64,000 nucleotides of DNA from an uncultured Chloroflexia bacterium (GCA_963708065.1 CAVPRZ010000006.1:193573-257572), one strand, 5' to 3'; numbered from the stretch's first letter, positions 43,190 to 54,525 are shown. Notes: generated from the sequence alone by a model not told the origin. Made by a program: numbers and translations.

Positions 43190-44125
43190 TCAGCGAGCCG
43201 TGGCGATGAGGGGCAGCATGAACGCAGCCCCGTCCTCGACCCCCTCGACGTGGGTCTGGCTGGCGTCCTCGTTCTCGATCGACAGCGCGCCGTCGTAGCC
43301 GACCGCGGCGAGCTCGCGGACGAACGCGGACCAGAACTCCGGCCCGTGGACGCGCCCGACCGTCCGGAAGACCCAGGCCCGGTTCGCCACGTCCTCGAAC
43401 GGGCGCGAGTCGAGCACGCCGGCCAGGGCGACCTGGTCGGCCACGATCTGGGTGTCCTTGAGGTGGACGTGGTGGATCGCCGGCCCGAGCGCGCGGATCA
43501 CCGCGAGCGGGTCCATCTGCTGCCAGAACAGGTGCGACGGGTCCAGGTTGGCGCCGATGACCGGCCCCACGGCCTCCCGCATCCGCAGGAGCGTCGGGAC
43601 GTTGTAGACCAGGTGGAGCGGGTGGAGCTCGAAGGCGATCCGGGTCACGCCGCTGGCGGCGGCGAGCCCTGCGATCTCCTGCCAGAACGGGATCGCCTCG
43701 GCCCACTGGCGCTCGAGGAGCTCCATCGCGTCGGCCGGCCACGGGTAGAACAGCCAGTCGACCGTCGTCCCCGCCGGTCCGTCGCCGGGACATCCCGACA
43801 TCGTCACGATCCGGTCGACCCCGAGCTCGCCGGCGAGCCGGATCGTGTCCCGGATGAGCTCCGCGTGGGCCGCGCCCACGACCGGGTGGAGTGGCCAGGC
43901 CGAGCAGTTCAGCGCGGCGATCCGGAGTCCCCGCCCGCTGAACGCGTCGGCGAACCGGCGTCGGGCGGCGGGATCGTCGAGCAGCTCCCGGATCCGGAGG
44001 TGGGGCGCGCTGGACTGGCCGCCGGTGGCGATCTCGATCGAGCCGCAGCCGATCCGGACGGCCAGGTCGAGCGTCTCGTCGAAGGACAGCTCGGGGACCG
44101 AGTCCGTGTACATGCAGAGGTCCAT
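43190..44125 (-). CDS. sugar phosphate isomerase/epimerase (xylose-isomerase-like TIM barrel)
   Basis: 311-aa ORF with GCGSIEIATGG, IAFELHPLHLVYN, HHVHLKD and ALSIENED, typical of the AP_endonuc_2/TIM-barrel family. Confidence 0.85.
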   Translation of the reverse strand: MDLCMYTDSVPELSFDETLDLAVRIGCGSIEIATGGQSSAPHLRIRELLDDPAARRRFADAFSGRGLRIAALNCSAWPLHPVVGAAHAELIRDTIRLAGELGVDRIVTMSGCPGDGPAGTTVDWLFYPWPADAMELLERQWAEAIPFWQEIAGLAAASGVTRIAFELHPLHLVYNVPTLLRMREAVGPVIGANLDPSHLFWQQMDPLAVIRALGPAIHHVHLKDTQIVADQVALAGVLDSRPFEDVANRAWVFRTVGRVHGPEFWSAFVRELAAVGYDGALSIENEDASQTHVEGVEDGAAFMLPLIATAR

Positions 44126-44168
44126 CCGGGGCGGCTCCTCGGGCGAGTTGGCGCAGCCGGGTCAGGAT

Positions 44169-45353
44169 ATGCTGCCGGCCGTGTCCAGCGCCGGCCCGTC
44201 GTCCGCTCCCGATGTCGTCGTGGTCGGCGGCGGGATCGTCGGGACGTCGGCGGCGGCGTTCCTCGCGGAGGCTGGGCTGGCGGTCACCGTCCTGGAGGGG
44301 GTGGGTGTCGCGGCGGGGGCGTCCGGCCGGAACTCGGGCGTCGTCCAGCACCCGTTCGACCCCGCCCTCCGGTCGATCCACCTCGACACGGTGGATGCCT
44401 ACCGCGAGCTCGCGGCCGACGCCGAGCTCGACTTCCGGCTGCCGGCCGAGCCGGCCGGCCTCCTCCTCGTCTCGCTCGGGACGGCCGCGCCGCGCCGGGT
44501 CGCCGGCGATCTCGCGGCGCTGTGGCCCGCCTTCGAACCCGAGTATGTCGGCCCGGACGACCTCCGCCGGCTCGAGCCCGGCCTGGCGCCGGGGCTCGCC
44601 GCCTGCCGGCTGCGGATCGGCCTCCCCGTCCCGCCGGCGGCGGCGACGCGGGCGTTCGCCCGGCTGGCCGAGCGACGCGGCGCCCGGGTCCAGGTCGGCC
44701 GAGCGGTCACGGGCCTGACGCGCGGCGGCGACCGGGCGACCGGCGTCCGGCTGTCCGACGGCACGACGATCCCGGCCGGGGCCGTGCTCGTCGCGGCCGG
44801 GCCGTGGTCGCCCGAGCTGCTCGACCCGAGTGGCCGGTGGCGGCCGATCCGGCCCAGCTGGGGTGTCGTGGTCGAGGTCGGGCTGGCCGACCCGCCGGGC
44901 CACGTCCTCGAGGAGGCCGAGATGGACGAGGCCCTCGGCGACATCGCGGGCAGTGCCCCGGCCGCGGACCTCGACGCGCCCGATGGGCGGCCCGAATTCA
45001 GCCTGGTGACCGCAGCCGGACGGTCGAGCCTCGGCTCGACGTTCCTCGATCGCGAGCCGGACCCGGAGGCCTGGGTCCCGCGGCTGGTCGCCCACGGCCG
45101 GCGGTTCGTGCCGGCGCTGGGGGAGGCGTCGATCGGCCCGGTCCGCGCCTGCGCCCGGCCGCTCGCCGCCGACGGGCGGCCGCTCCTCGGCGCCGTTCCC
45201 GGCCTGCCGGGTGCGTTCATTGCCGCCGGTCACGGCCCGTGGGGGATCTCGACCGGACCCGGCTCGGCCCGCCTCGTCGTCGAGGCGATCCTGGGGCACG
45301 CGCCGGCGATCCCGGCCGAGCTCGACGTCGCGCGGTTCGGGGCGATCGGGTGA
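44169..45353 (+). CDS. FAD-dependent oxidoreductase (DAO family, glycine/D-amino-acid-oxidase-like)
   Basis: ATG 44169. DVVVVGGGIVGTSAAAFLAEAG, GASGRNSGVV and AAGHGPWGISTGPGSA are present. Confidence 0.8.
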   Translation: MLPAVSSAGPSSAPDVVVVGGGIVGTSAAAFLAEAGLAVTVLEGVGVAAGASGRNSGVVQHPFDPALRSIHLDTVDAYRELAADAELDFRLPAEPAGLLLVSLGTAAPRRVAGDLAALWPAFEPEYVGPDDLRRLEPGLAPGLAACRLRIGLPVPPAAATRAFARLAERRGARVQVGRAVTGLTRGGDRATGVRLSDGTTIPAGAVLVAAGPWSPELLDPSGRWRPIRPSWGVVVEVGLADPPGHVLEEAEMDEALGDIAGSAPAADLDAPDGRPEFSLVTAAGRSSLGSTFLDREPDPEAWVPRLVAHGRRFVPALGEASIGPVRACARPLAADGRPLLGAVPGLPGAFIAAGHGPWGISTGPGSARLVVEAILGHAPAIPAELDVARFGAIG

Positions 45354-45420
45354 GCGGGGCGCCGGCCGCGCTGCCGGCCGGCTGCGCTACGATCGCGGCC
45401 CGATCGACAGGAGGCCGCCG

Positions 45421-46704
45421 ATGACCGCGTTCGACGTCGCCGCGCTCCGGCGCGAGTTCCCCGCGCTGAGCCTCGAGCAGGACGGCCGGCCGCTGGCGTT
45501 CTTCGACGGCCCGGGCGGGACGCAGGTCCCGCAGCGGGTCATCGACGCGGTCGTCGACTACTACCGGACCTCGAACGCGAACGACGGCGGCGCGTTCGTC
45601 ACGAGCGAGCGGAGCATGGCGGTCGTGGCCGACGGCCACCTGGCGATCGCCGACCTGCTCAACGCGCGCTCGGCCGGCGAGATCAAGTTCGGCCAGAACA
45701 TGACGAGCCTGACCCTCCACGCCAGCCGCTCGATCGGCGCGTCGCTCGAGCCGGGCGACGAGGTCGTCGTCACGACGCTCGACCACGAGGCGAACGTCGG
45801 GCCGTGGCGGTCGATGGCCGGCGACCGCGGGCTGACCGTCCACGCGGTCGACATCCACGACGAGGACGGGACCCTCGACCTGGAGGACCTCGGCGCGAAG
45901 CTGTCCTCGCGGACGAAGCTCGTGGCCGTCGGCTATGCGTCGAACGCGATCGGGACGATCAACCCGGTGGTCGAGATCGTCCGGATGGCCCACGAGGTCG
46001 GCGCGCTGACGTACGTCGACGCCGTCCACTGGGCACCCCACGGCCCGATCGACGTCCAGGCGCTCGGGACCGACTTCCTGGCCTGCTCGGTCTACAAGTT
46101 CTTCGGCCCGCACCTCGGCGTGCTGTACGGCCGGAGCGAGGTCCTCGAGCGGCTGCCGAGCTACAAGATCCGGCCGGCCCACGACCGGTTCGAGACCGGG
46201 ACCCAGAGCTTCGAGGCGATCGCCGGGGCGCGTGCGGCAGTCGAGTACATCGCCTCGATCGGGGAGCGCTTCGGGGCGGCCCACGTCTCCGCGTTCGCGG
46301 GGATGACCGGCCGGCGACTCACGGCCCATGCCGGGATGCGTGCGATCCGGGCCTACGAGAAGGACCTGTTCGGGCGGCTGCTCGCCGGTCTGGCCGGGAT
46401 CGACGGCATCCGGCTGTGGGGGATCGCCGACCCGGCCCGCTCCGACGAGCGGACGCCGACGGCCGCGCTGACGATCGCCGGGACGTCCCCCCGGGCGGCC
46501 GCCGAGGTCCTCGGTCGCCAGGGCATGACGGCCTGGGACGGCGACTTCTACGCCACGGGGCTCATCGAGCGGCTCGGCCTCGCGGCGACGGGCGGCGTGC
46601 TGCGGATCGGCCTGACCCATTACAACACGGCCGAGGAGGTCGATCGCCTGCTCGGGGCCCTGAGCGAGATTGCGAGCTCGGCGAGAGCCGGATCGCCGGC
46701 CTGA
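45421..46704 (+). CDS. class V aminotransferase (cysteine-desulfurase-like, SufS/CsdA-related)
   Basis: AGGAGG RBS, then ATG 45421. FFDGPGGTQVPQRV, TTLDHEANVGPW, YVDAVHWAPHGPIDV and CSVYKFFGPHLG (PLP-Lys in SVYK) are present. Confidence 0.85.
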   Translation: MTAFDVAALRREFPALSLEQDGRPLAFFDGPGGTQVPQRVIDAVVDYYRTSNANDGGAFVTSERSMAVVADGHLAIADLLNARSAGEIKFGQNMTSLTLHASRSIGASLEPGDEVVVTTLDHEANVGPWRSMAGDRGLTVHAVDIHDEDGTLDLEDLGAKLSSRTKLVAVGYASNAIGTINPVVEIVRMAHEVGALTYVDAVHWAPHGPIDVQALGTDFLACSVYKFFGPHLGVLYGRSEVLERLPSYKIRPAHDRFETGTQSFEAIAGARAAVEYIASIGERFGAAHVSAFAGMTGRRLTAHAGMRAIRAYEKDLFGRLLAGLAGIDGIRLWGIADPARSDERTPTAALTIAGTSPRAAAEVLGRQGMTAWDGDFYATGLIERLGLAATGGVLRIGLTHYNTAEEVDRLLGALSEIASSARAGSPA

Positions 46705-46717
46705 CCCGGCCCGCGCG

Positions 46718-46948
46718 TCAGCGCCAGCTGTCGGGGTCGAACAGGTAGAACGTCGTCTGGCGCCAGATCCGGCGGATCGCGGCGGCCCGATCGCGGAGCT
46801 GCTCCGACGACAGCGAGCGGATGACCCGCAGGTCCTCGATCGCTGGGGCCGCGTCGCGCCGGCCGGTCGCGGACGCAGCTGTGCCGCCGGGGCGGTCCAC
46901 CCGGATCGCGTTCGACTCGAGGAGGGCGACGGCCACGTAGCCGGGCAT
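46718..46948 (-). CDS. small hypothetical protein (76 aa)
   Basis: From ATG 46948, MPGYVAVALLESNAIRVDRPGG...LRDRAAAIRRIWRQTTFYLFDPDSWR*. The codons are strongly GC3-biased. It is divergent (63 nt) from the amidinotransferase-fold gene. I recognise no family. Confidence 0.45.
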   Translation of the reverse strand: MPGYVAVALLESNAIRVDRPGGTAASATGRRDAAPAIEDLRVIRSLSSEQLRDRAAAIRRIWRQTTFYLFDPDSWR

Positions 46949-47011
46949 GGCCGACAGACTAGCCGCTCCGATGGCCGCCGACCAGCCCCCGTCGGTCGCT
47001 ATCCTGCACGC

Positions 47012-47898
47012 ATGGAGACCGCGACTCCGGAGCTGGCTGCATACGGCGCCCAGAGCATGACCGACCGGCTCGTCGACGTGCTCGTGAAGCGGCCGGGACC
47101 GGCGTTCGGGCGGGCGTTCGACGATCCGGCCCACGGGTTCCGCCATCCCGTCGACCTCGAGGTCGCCCGCCGCGAGCACGACGCCTTCAGCGAGCTCCTG
47201 GCCGGCCTCGGGCCGACCGTCCACGAGCTCGACGCCGAGAGCGACTCGCCCGACCTCGTCTACCAGTTCGACCCGCTCCTCGTGACCGACCGGGGCGCGA
47301 TCCCGCTCCGGCCGGGCAAGCCAAACCGGCGCGGTGAGGAGCTCCTCGTGGAGGCCTGGCTCAACGCCCGTGGCGTGCCGACGGTCGCCCGGATCGAGGC
47401 GCCCGGCACGATCGAGGGCGGCGACACGTTCTGGCTCCGCCCGGAGCTCCTGTGCATCGGACGGACGCTCCGGACGAACGCGCGAGGGCGCCCGCCAGCT
47501 CGACGCGATCGTCCAGGGCGACGTGCGCGTCTTCGACCTGCCCGTACTGGAAGGGCCCCGCCGAGCTGGTCCACCTCCTGTCGGTCATCTCGCCGGTCGC
47601 CGACGACCTCGCGGTGATCTACCCACCGCTCCTGCCGGTGGGGCTGTGGGAGCTCCTCGGCGACTTCGGGATCGAGACGATCGCGGTCCCCGACGAGGAG
47701 TTCCCGACGCTCGGCTGCAACGTGCTCGCCGTCGAGCCCGGGGTCGTGATCATGGCCGAGGGGAACCCGCAGACCGCCGGCGCGCTCGCCACTGCCGGGT
47801 GCGAGGTCCACACGTATGCCGCGACCGAGATCGGGATCAACGGCTCGGGCGGGCCGACCTGCCTGACCCGTCCGATCCGGCGCGAGCCGGCCGGATGA
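47012..47898 (+). CDS. amidinotransferase-fold enzyme (DDAH/arginine-deiminase-like); about 2 frame breaks as sequenced
   Basis: ATG 47012. ...GTIEGGDTFWLRPELLCIGRTLRTNA | EGARQLDAIVQGDVRVFDLP | YWKGPAELVHLLSVISP...GINGSGGPTCLTRPI (catalytic Cys context) is spread over three frames, with breaks near 47480 and 47544. Confidence 0.75.
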
Positions 47899-49149
47899 TC
47901 GAGCCGGCCGGACGAACGGTCGCGGAGGCGGTCGACCCGCGCCGCCTCGTCGAGGACCTCCGCGCCCTCGTGCGGATCCCCAGCGTCACGGGGTCCGAGG
48001 AGGCCGTCGCCGACTGGCTCGCGGGTGCGCTCGACGCGATCCCCGGGGTCGCGGTCGGCGTCCTCGAGCCGGATCTGGCGGCCGTTCGGGACGATCCGGA
48101 CTGGCCCGGCGAGGAGATGCCCCGGTCGAGGCTGCCGATCGTGATGGGCCGGCTCGGCCGGATGGGCGGCCGGCGCCTGCTGCTCGTCGGTCACACCGAC
48201 GTCGTGCCGCCCGGCGACCCCGCGACCTGGTCGGTCGACCCGTGGGCCGGCGAGGTCCGCGACGGCGCGCTGTACGGGCGCGGGGCCTGCGACATGAAGG
48301 GCGGCGTCGCGGCGATCCTCGGCGGCGATCCGGGCCATCGCCGCGTCCGGCGCGGCCGACGCGCTCGGGGGCGAGGTCGTGGCGCTCTTCGTCCCTTCGG
48401 AGGAGGACGGCGGCCAGGGGATGCTCGCCGCGATCCGGGCCGGGGTGACCGGCGACCTGGCGGTGATCGCGGAGCCCTCGAACCTCGACGTCGTCGTCGC
48501 CCACGCCGGGGCGCTGACGTTCCGGCTGACCGTCCCGGGCCGGGCGGCGCACGCGTCGCAGCGTCGCGAGGGCGTCTCGGCGCTCGACAAGCTGTTCGTG
48601 CTCGCCCAGGCGCTCGAGGCCGACGAGGCGCGCCGGAACGCGTCTGAGACGGACCCGCTCATGACCGTCCTCGGGTTGCCCTACCCGACGATCATCGGGA
48701 TGGTTCGGGGCGGCGACTGGGCATCGACGGTCCTCGACCGGGTCGTCGCCGACGGACGCTACGGGGTCCGGCTCGGGCAGACCACCGCCGAGGCGGAGGC
48801 CGACCTGCGGGCGTGCATCGCCGAGGCGTGCGCGGCCGATCCGTTCCTGCGCGACCACCCGGCGACGGTCGAGTTCGTCGGCGGCCGGTTCGGGTCGGCC
48901 CGGGTCGCGTCCGACCACCGCCTCCCGGTCGGCCTCGCCCGAGTCGCCGAGGCCGTCACCGGCCGGCGGCCCGCGCTCCTCGGCGAGCCGTACGGCGCCG
49001 ACATGCGCCTGCTCGTCAACGAGGGCCGGACACCGACGGTGATCTTCGGGCCGGGCGACGTCCGGGTCGCCCACAGCGCCGACGAGCATGTCCCGCTGGC
49101 GGAGGTCGAGGCGTGCGCCGCGGGTGCTCGCCGCGTGGGTCGTCGATGA
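47895..49149 (+). CDS. M20 family metallohydrolase (ArgE/DapE/acetylornithine-deacetylase-like); frameshifted near 48325 as sequenced
   Basis: ATG 47895 overlaps the upstream stop (ATGA). LLLVGHTDVVPPGD and YGRGACDMKGGVAAILG | AIRAIAASG...LFVPSEEDGGQG...GPGDVRVAHSADEHV are present. The second part lies in ORF 48379..49149. Confidence 0.8.
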
Positions 49150-49730
49150 GCTCGGACGAGCCTGAGCCGGGACCCGTCGGCGATTCGCTCAGCCCCCGAC
49201 CGGAGCTGCCCGCGGCCCTCGTCGGTCGGTCGATCGTCGTCGTCCCGGTCGGGCCCGAGCACGTGGAGTCGCTCGTCCGGATCCTGGCCGAGCCGTCCGT
49301 GGCGCGCTGGTGGAACGAGCCACCCGAGGCGGCGCGGGCGTGGCTGCTCGAGCCGGACGAGGGCGAGATGGGGTTTGCGATCCTGGACTCCGGCGACGGC
49401 GAGGTGATCGGCTACATCCAGGCCGCCGAGGAGGACACCCCGATGTACCGGCATGCGGGGATCGACCTGTTCCTGGCCAGCGACCGCCAGGGGCAGGGGA
49501 TCGGGCCCGAGGCGATCCGGCTGGTCGCCCGCTGGCTCATCGACGAGCGCGGCCACCACCGGCTCACGATCGACCCAGCGGTCGACAACGAACGGGCGAT
49601 CCGGGCCTACGAGAAGCTCGGCTTCAGGCGGGTCGGGATCATGCGCCAGTACGAGCGCGGACCCGACGGGACCTGGCACGACGGCCTGCTTATGGACCTC
49701 CTCGCCGGCGAGCTCAGCCAGGAGGGGTAG
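49146..49730 (+). CDS. GNAT family N-acetyltransferase
   Basis: ATG 49146 overlaps the upstream stop (ATGA). GIDLFLASDRQGQGIGPEAIRLVARWL and NERAIRAYEKLGFRRVG are acetyl-CoA-binding motifs. Confidence 0.85.
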   Translation: MSSDEPEPGPVGDSLSPRPELPAALVGRSIVVVPVGPEHVESLVRILAEPSVARWWNEPPEAARAWLLEPDEGEMGFAILDSGDGEVIGYIQAAEEDTPMYRHAGIDLFLASDRQGQGIGPEAIRLVARWLIDERGHHRLTIDPAVDNERAIRAYEKLGFRRVGIMRQYERGPDGTWHDGLLMDLLAGELSQEG

Positions 49731-52700
49731 CCGCCTCGACCATCGCTGAGTCGATGCCCTGCTCGGCGGCGACCTCGACGAGCCGGCAGAACGCGTTGAC
49801 GAGCTTCATCTGCTCGGCGGTCCGGCAGGCCACGGTCAACAGGTCGGGGCTCGACACGACGACCGCCAGCCCGCGGGCTCGCGACACGGCTACGTTGAGG
49901 CGGTTGCCCGGAGTAGAGGAACTCCATGTCGCGCGGCAGCTCGTCGGGGCTCGACGTGGCGGTCGAGAAGATCGAGACCGGCGCCTCCTGGCCCTGGAAC
50001 TTGTCGACGGTGCCGACCCGGACCCGGTCGCCGAGCCGGTGCTCGATCGTCGCGTGGATCTCGGCGACGTGGGCGTTGTAGGGCGCGACGACCAGGATGT
50101 CGGCGGCGGTCAGCGGGCGGGTGTTCCCGTGCTTGTCGGTCCAGGGCCGTCCGATCAACCCCGCGACGAGGTCGGCGACGACGACCGCCTCGAGGGCCGA
50201 GCGCGAGCCGTCGCCGTCGTGGACGACCGGCCGGTAGTCGATGCCCGCCCCGATCCCCCCGATCGCCTGGGCGCCGTTCGATGGGTCCGTCTCGAGCCGG
50301 TCGTCGTAGAACAGCTCGGAGATGAACGCGTTGACCCGGGGATGCATCCGGAACGTGACCGGCAGGAACAGGCCGCGCTCGGGCGGGAGCGTCCGGTCGG
50401 CACCGAGGACGTGCTCGAGGGCGGATGCCCCGGCGCCGTCGGGATGGACGCCCTGGCTGACCTGGGGCAGCTGGTTCGGGTCGCCGAGCAGGACGATCGA
50501 GCGGGCGGCGGTCGCGCCGGCCACCGCGTTCGCGAGGGATTGCTGGCCGGCCTCGTCGACGAACAGGACGTCGAGCGTCCGATCGAGCTCCGGACGGGCG
50601 AACAGCCAGGCCGTCCCGGCCACCACGTCGACCGTCCCGGCGTCGACCGCGGCCTCGATGTCGGCATTCGACGCCTCGGTCACCTCGGGCAGGTACCCGG
50701 CGCCCTCCCCGCCCTCGATCCGCTGGAGGGCCCGGAGCGGCACGCCGGCCTCGCGAGCGGCCATGACCGTCTCGACGAGGAGGTTCGTGATGGCCTTGTG
50801 GGCCTGGGCGGAGACGCCCACCCGCCGGCCGGCCCTCACGAGCTCGACGATCATCCGGGCGCCCGTCCACGTCTTGCCGGTGCCCGGCGGCCCCTGGATC
50901 GCCAGGACGGTCTCGGAGGCAGGCAGGGCGAGCGCCAGCCGGCGCGCGGCGTCGAGCGCCGGCTCGCCCGGCTCGATGAGCGGGGCTCCCGCGGCGATCC
51001 CCCCGATCCGCGGCGGCCGGCGGAGGAGCAGGTCGCGGATCGCCCGGTACGGGCCGGGGCCGTCGAGGCCGCCGGCGATGACGCCATCGGCGACCCGGCC
51101 GAGCGCGCTCCGGAGGGCCCGCGCGTCGATCGGCTGGCCCTTGAGCAGCGCCTTCGGCGGAGGCGCCGGGTTCTTCAGGCCACGCTTGATCAGGAGGACC
51201 CCATGCTCGTCGTCGATGTCCTGGATCGTCACCCCCCGACCCTTCTCGTCCTCCCAGCCATCGGCGCCCCGGGAGACCTTGTGGTCCTGCGGCGGGAACG
51301 CGCAGCCGGTGGATGAGCGACTGCTTCTCCTGGCCGACGACCCCGTCGTACTCGAGCCCGCCGAGCGGCTCCGTCTCGCCGATGAGCTCCTCGAGCGGGA
51401 GCTCGCGCAGCCGGAAGTAGTCCCACCAGGCCTGACGGGCATCGCGCCGGTGCCAGTCGAGCAGGGCGGCCAGCAGCCAGCGCGCGGCCTCGTCGTCGGT
51501 CCGCTTCGCCGGGTCGACGGTCAGCCCATCGGTCAGGGCGGCGATCCGTCGCTGGGTCTCGGCGGCCACCGCCACCTGCGCTTCGGTCGGCAGGCCCGAG
51601 CCGATCGGCGGCCGCTCGAAGGTCGCCCCGAACCGGGCTTCCGCCTCGAGCCGGCGGTCCTCGAGCCAGTCGCGCAGCCCGCGGGTCGAGAGGCAGTCGT
51701 CGCGGTTGTAGTCGGCCAGGTCGCGCAGGTGCCCCGGATCGTGGTCGCCGAGCCAGCGCTCGTACTCGACGACGCTGAACCCGGCCCGGGTGATCGGGCC
51801 CTCGCGCTCGGAGAGGTAGAACTTCTCGATCCGCTTGATCGAGTAGGAGTCGACCGAGGCGCGCAGGCCCTGGCGGACGACCTGGTAGAGGTCGACGAGG
51901 ATGCCCGCCCGGAGGATCCGGTCGATCTCGTCCTCGCGGGTCGCATAGCGGCTCATCAGGCGACGGAGGGCGGCCTTCTCGTACGCGGCGTAGTGGTAGA
52001 CGTGCATCGCGGGGTCGCGCTCGAGCCGGCCGATGACCTCGTCGACGAACGCCTCGAAGGCGGCCTTCTCCTCGTCGCGATCGTGGGCCCAGATCGGGTG
52101 GTAGCGGTCGCTCCCGTCCGCGACCTCCGACCAGCCGAGGAGGTACTCCAGCCCGGCATCCCCGATCCACGGGTCGGCCTCGATGTCGAAGAACACGTCG
52201 AGCGGCGACGGCTCGGGCAGCGCCGCCAGGCCGTGGAGCGGACGGTCCGGGTCGGGTGGCAGCAGCTCGTAGAGCAGCGTTCCGGTCTCCCGGCCCGCGA
52301 GCTGGAGGGCCGCCTGGCCGCGGAGCCGGTCGAACGTCGCGAGGCTCATGTCAGGCGCTCCGATCCAGGGAGCCGTCTCGCCGAGCTCGGCCAGCGTGCG
52401 GATCCCGCCGCCGACGAGCCGCTCGGTCGCCGTCCGGGTCATTCCCGCGACGAGCGACAGGTGGTCGTCCGCCTCGCGCCGGGCCACGCAGTCCAGCCAC
52501 CAGCCGCAGACGCGGCAGTGGTCGACGGGGTCGGGGTAGGTCGGCGTGGCGGGTCCAGTGCCGAAGATCCGGGCCTCGAAGCGGGCCTTGACCAGGCGAT
52601 GGAAGGCGGCGAAGTCGGCGAACCGATGGTCGTGCAGGCCGCCGTCGCCGGTGACCACGGTGAGCGTCTCCGGCGGCGCGCCCTGGACCTGCCCGAGCAG

Positions 52701-53183
52701 GTCGGCGTAGACGCACATCTGGATGAGCGCGCTCGCCTTGACGTGGCGGGCGAGCTTCGTGTCGGCGACGTCGTAGCTCCACGCGCCCAGCCGGCTCGGT
52801 CGATCCGCTCGGACGAGGAAGTCGGCATGGCCCCGCCAGCGACCGTCGAAGAACGTGGCCTGGAAGACGACGTCGGCTCCGTCGGTCATCGCGGTCCGGG
52901 TCGCCTCGGCGGCGGCGCGCAGATCCTCGGGCGTGTGGGCTGAGCGGAGCTCCGGCGGGATCTCGACGATCGTGCGCCCGGCGTCGCGCAGCCGCTCGAG
53001 GTACGCGTGCTCGTGCCGATCGCCACGCTCCTGGAGCAGCTCCAGCTCCGGGTCGTAGCGCACGGGCTTCTCGCGCAGCCCGGCGATCCGCTCGAGCTCG
53101 AGGGTGACGAGGTGATCGCAGGCGAGGAACCCGACCAGGTCGGTGGCGCTGACGACGACGCTCCCGTCGCGGTGCTTCTGCAT
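49714..53183 (-). CDS. three-domain fusion: Cas4/RecB-like PD-(D/E)xK nuclease (4-Cys) + DEDD/RNase-H-fold exonuclease-like + SF1B (DNA2/Upf1-like) helicase; about 2 frame breaks as sequenced
   Basis: ORF 49890..53183 gives ACDH...ADFLV...DVADTK...QMCVY...CRVCGWWLDC, FFDIEADPW and YNRDDC. After a break near 51303, ORF 49607..51442 gives IQGPPGTGKT, LFVDEAGQ, LLGDPNQLPQV and VDKFQGQEAP. After a break near 49908, a third frame gives NRLNVAVSRARGLAVVV...EAATPPG* with a stop at 49716..49714. Confidence 0.8.
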
Positions 53184-53298
53184 CGACCCTCCATCGGCGG
53201 GCTGTTTCGGCCAGCGTAGCCGCTCGTCGTGTCAGCTCGGTTGTCAGCGCTCCGGGCGCCCGGCGGACGTTCCGGCCGAGGTCGGGTACGATTCCCGA

Positions 53299-54525
53299 AT
53301 GAACCGGCCGGCTGGGCGACCGTTGCGCCGCCTCCCGCTGCTCGCGGTGCTCGCGTTCGCCGTCGCCGCCTGTGGGGGCGGCCTCCCGTCGGGCCTGCCG
53401 AGCCTGCCGCCGGTCCCCACGAACCTGCCGAGCCTTCCGCCGCTCCCGTCCAGCCTGCCTTCGGTGCCGGCCGCGACCGAGGCGCCGACCGAAGCCCCGG
53501 CCGCGACCGAGGCGCCGACCGAGGCACCCACCGAGGCACCCACCGAGGCCCCGACGGAAGCGCCCACGACCGAGCCCGCCCCGACGCCCAGCCCGGAGCC
53601 GACGCCAACGGCGGCCCCGACGGCAACGCCGCGACCCACGCCCAGCCCGAGCCCGAAGCCGACGACGGCGCCCAGCCCGTCGCCTTCGCCGTCGCCATCA
53701 CCCAGCCCGACGCCGTCGCCGTCACCGAGCCCGAGCCCGTCGCCCAGCCCGAGCCCGACGGCATCGCCGAGCCCGACGCCGACGGTGGCGCCTTCGCCGT
53801 CGCCGGCTCCGACGGAGGGTCAGGGCGTCTCCCCGATCGTCCTCCTCCTGCTGCTCCTGGGGGTCATCCTCGCGATCGGGCTCATCTACTACGCCTGGTC
53901 GCAGCGCAGCGGAGGATCGGGCGGCGAGCCCCCGACCGGCACCGGTTCGACGGGCCCGGCCCCGACCGGCGGCTCGGTCCCGCCGGCGACCGGATCGCCG
54001 CCGCCCGGTACGGCGGCCGGGGAAGGCCCGACCGAGGTCGTGCCGACGGTCCCGCCGGCGACGCCACCTCCCGGACGCTCCGGCCGGGTAGCGACTCGCA
54101 TCGGCCGGTCGCGGGCCAGCGCTGCCTCAGCGGGCGGCGATCACCTCGGCCTCGATCCGGAACGGCGGGACGAGGCCCGCGACCGCGACGGTCGCCCGGG
54201 TCGGCGGGTCGGTCGGGAACAGCTCGCGGAAGATGTCGTTGTAGGCCGCCCAGTCGGCCATGTCGACCAGGTACACGGTGGTCTTGACGATGTCGCCGAG
54301 GCCCAGCCCGACGGCCCCCAGGCAACGCTCGATGTTGGCGAACAGCGCGCGGGTCTCGGCTTCGATGCCGCCCGGAACGACCTCCCCGGTCGCCATGTCG
54401 TTGCCGACCTGGCCGGCCACGAAGACGAACCCGTTGGCCTCGACGACCTGGCTGTAGGCGGAGGTCGATGGCTGGATCCCCGGCAGGACCGGGACACGCT
54501 TCGACATGGGGGAACTCCTCGCTGA
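53299..54525 (+). CDS. Pro/Thr/Ser-rich repeat lipoprotein with a TM segment; 3' end doubtful
   Basis: ATG 53299. Signal and lipobox LLAVLAFAVAACGG are followed by (TEAP)n and (SP)n tracts, a TM segment (IVLLLLLLGVILAIGLIYYAW) and a Gly/Pro tail. The ORF is open to 54525, but from about 54127 on it is antisense to ridA. The real stop may be TAG 54089..54091 after an unseen frame break. Confidence 0.55.
   Translation: MNRPAGRPLRRLPLLAVLAFAVAACGGGLPSGLPSLPPVPTNLPSLPPLPSSLPSVPAATEAPTEAPAATEAPTEAPTEAPTEAPTEAPTTEPAPTPSPEPTPTAAPTATPRPTPSPSPKPTTAPSPSPSPSPSPSPTPSPSPSPSPSPSPSPTASPSPTPTVAPSPSPAPTEGQGVSPIVLLLLLLGVILAIGLIYYAWSQRSGGSGGEPPTGTGSTGPAPTGGSVPPATGSPPPGTAAGEGPTEVVPTVPPATPPPGRSGRVATRIGRSRASAASAGGDHLGLDPERRDEARDRDGRPGRRVGREQLAEDVVVGRPVGHVDQVHGGLDDVAEAQPDGPQATLDVGEQRAGLGFDAARNDLPGRHVVADLAGHEDEPVGLDDLAVGGGRWLDPRQDRDTLRHGGTPR
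53473..53810 (+). repeat. in-frame low-complexity tandem repeats: 12-nt (TEAP)n, then 6/12-nt (SP/PSPS)n
   Basis: Repeated gcgaccgaggcgccgacc / gaggcacccacc units are followed by ccgtcgcc / agcccgagc units. They encode ATEAPTEAPAATEAPTEAPTEAPTEAPTEAPT and SPSPSPSPSPSPTPSPSPSPSPSPSPSP. Confidence 0.85.
54127..54507 (-). CDS. RidA family (YjgF/endoribonuclease L-PSP) enamine/imine deaminase
   Basis: 126-aa ORF with SAYSQVVEANGFVFVAGQVG, KTTVYLVDMADWAAYNDIF, PTRATVAVAGL and IEAEVIA. Confidence 0.9.
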   Translation of the reverse strand: MSKRVPVLPGIQPSTSAYSQVVEANGFVFVAGQVGNDMATGEVVPGGIEAETRALFANIERCLGAVGLGLGDIVKTTVYLVDMADWAAYNDIFRELFPTDPPTRATVAVAGLVPPFRIEAEVIAAR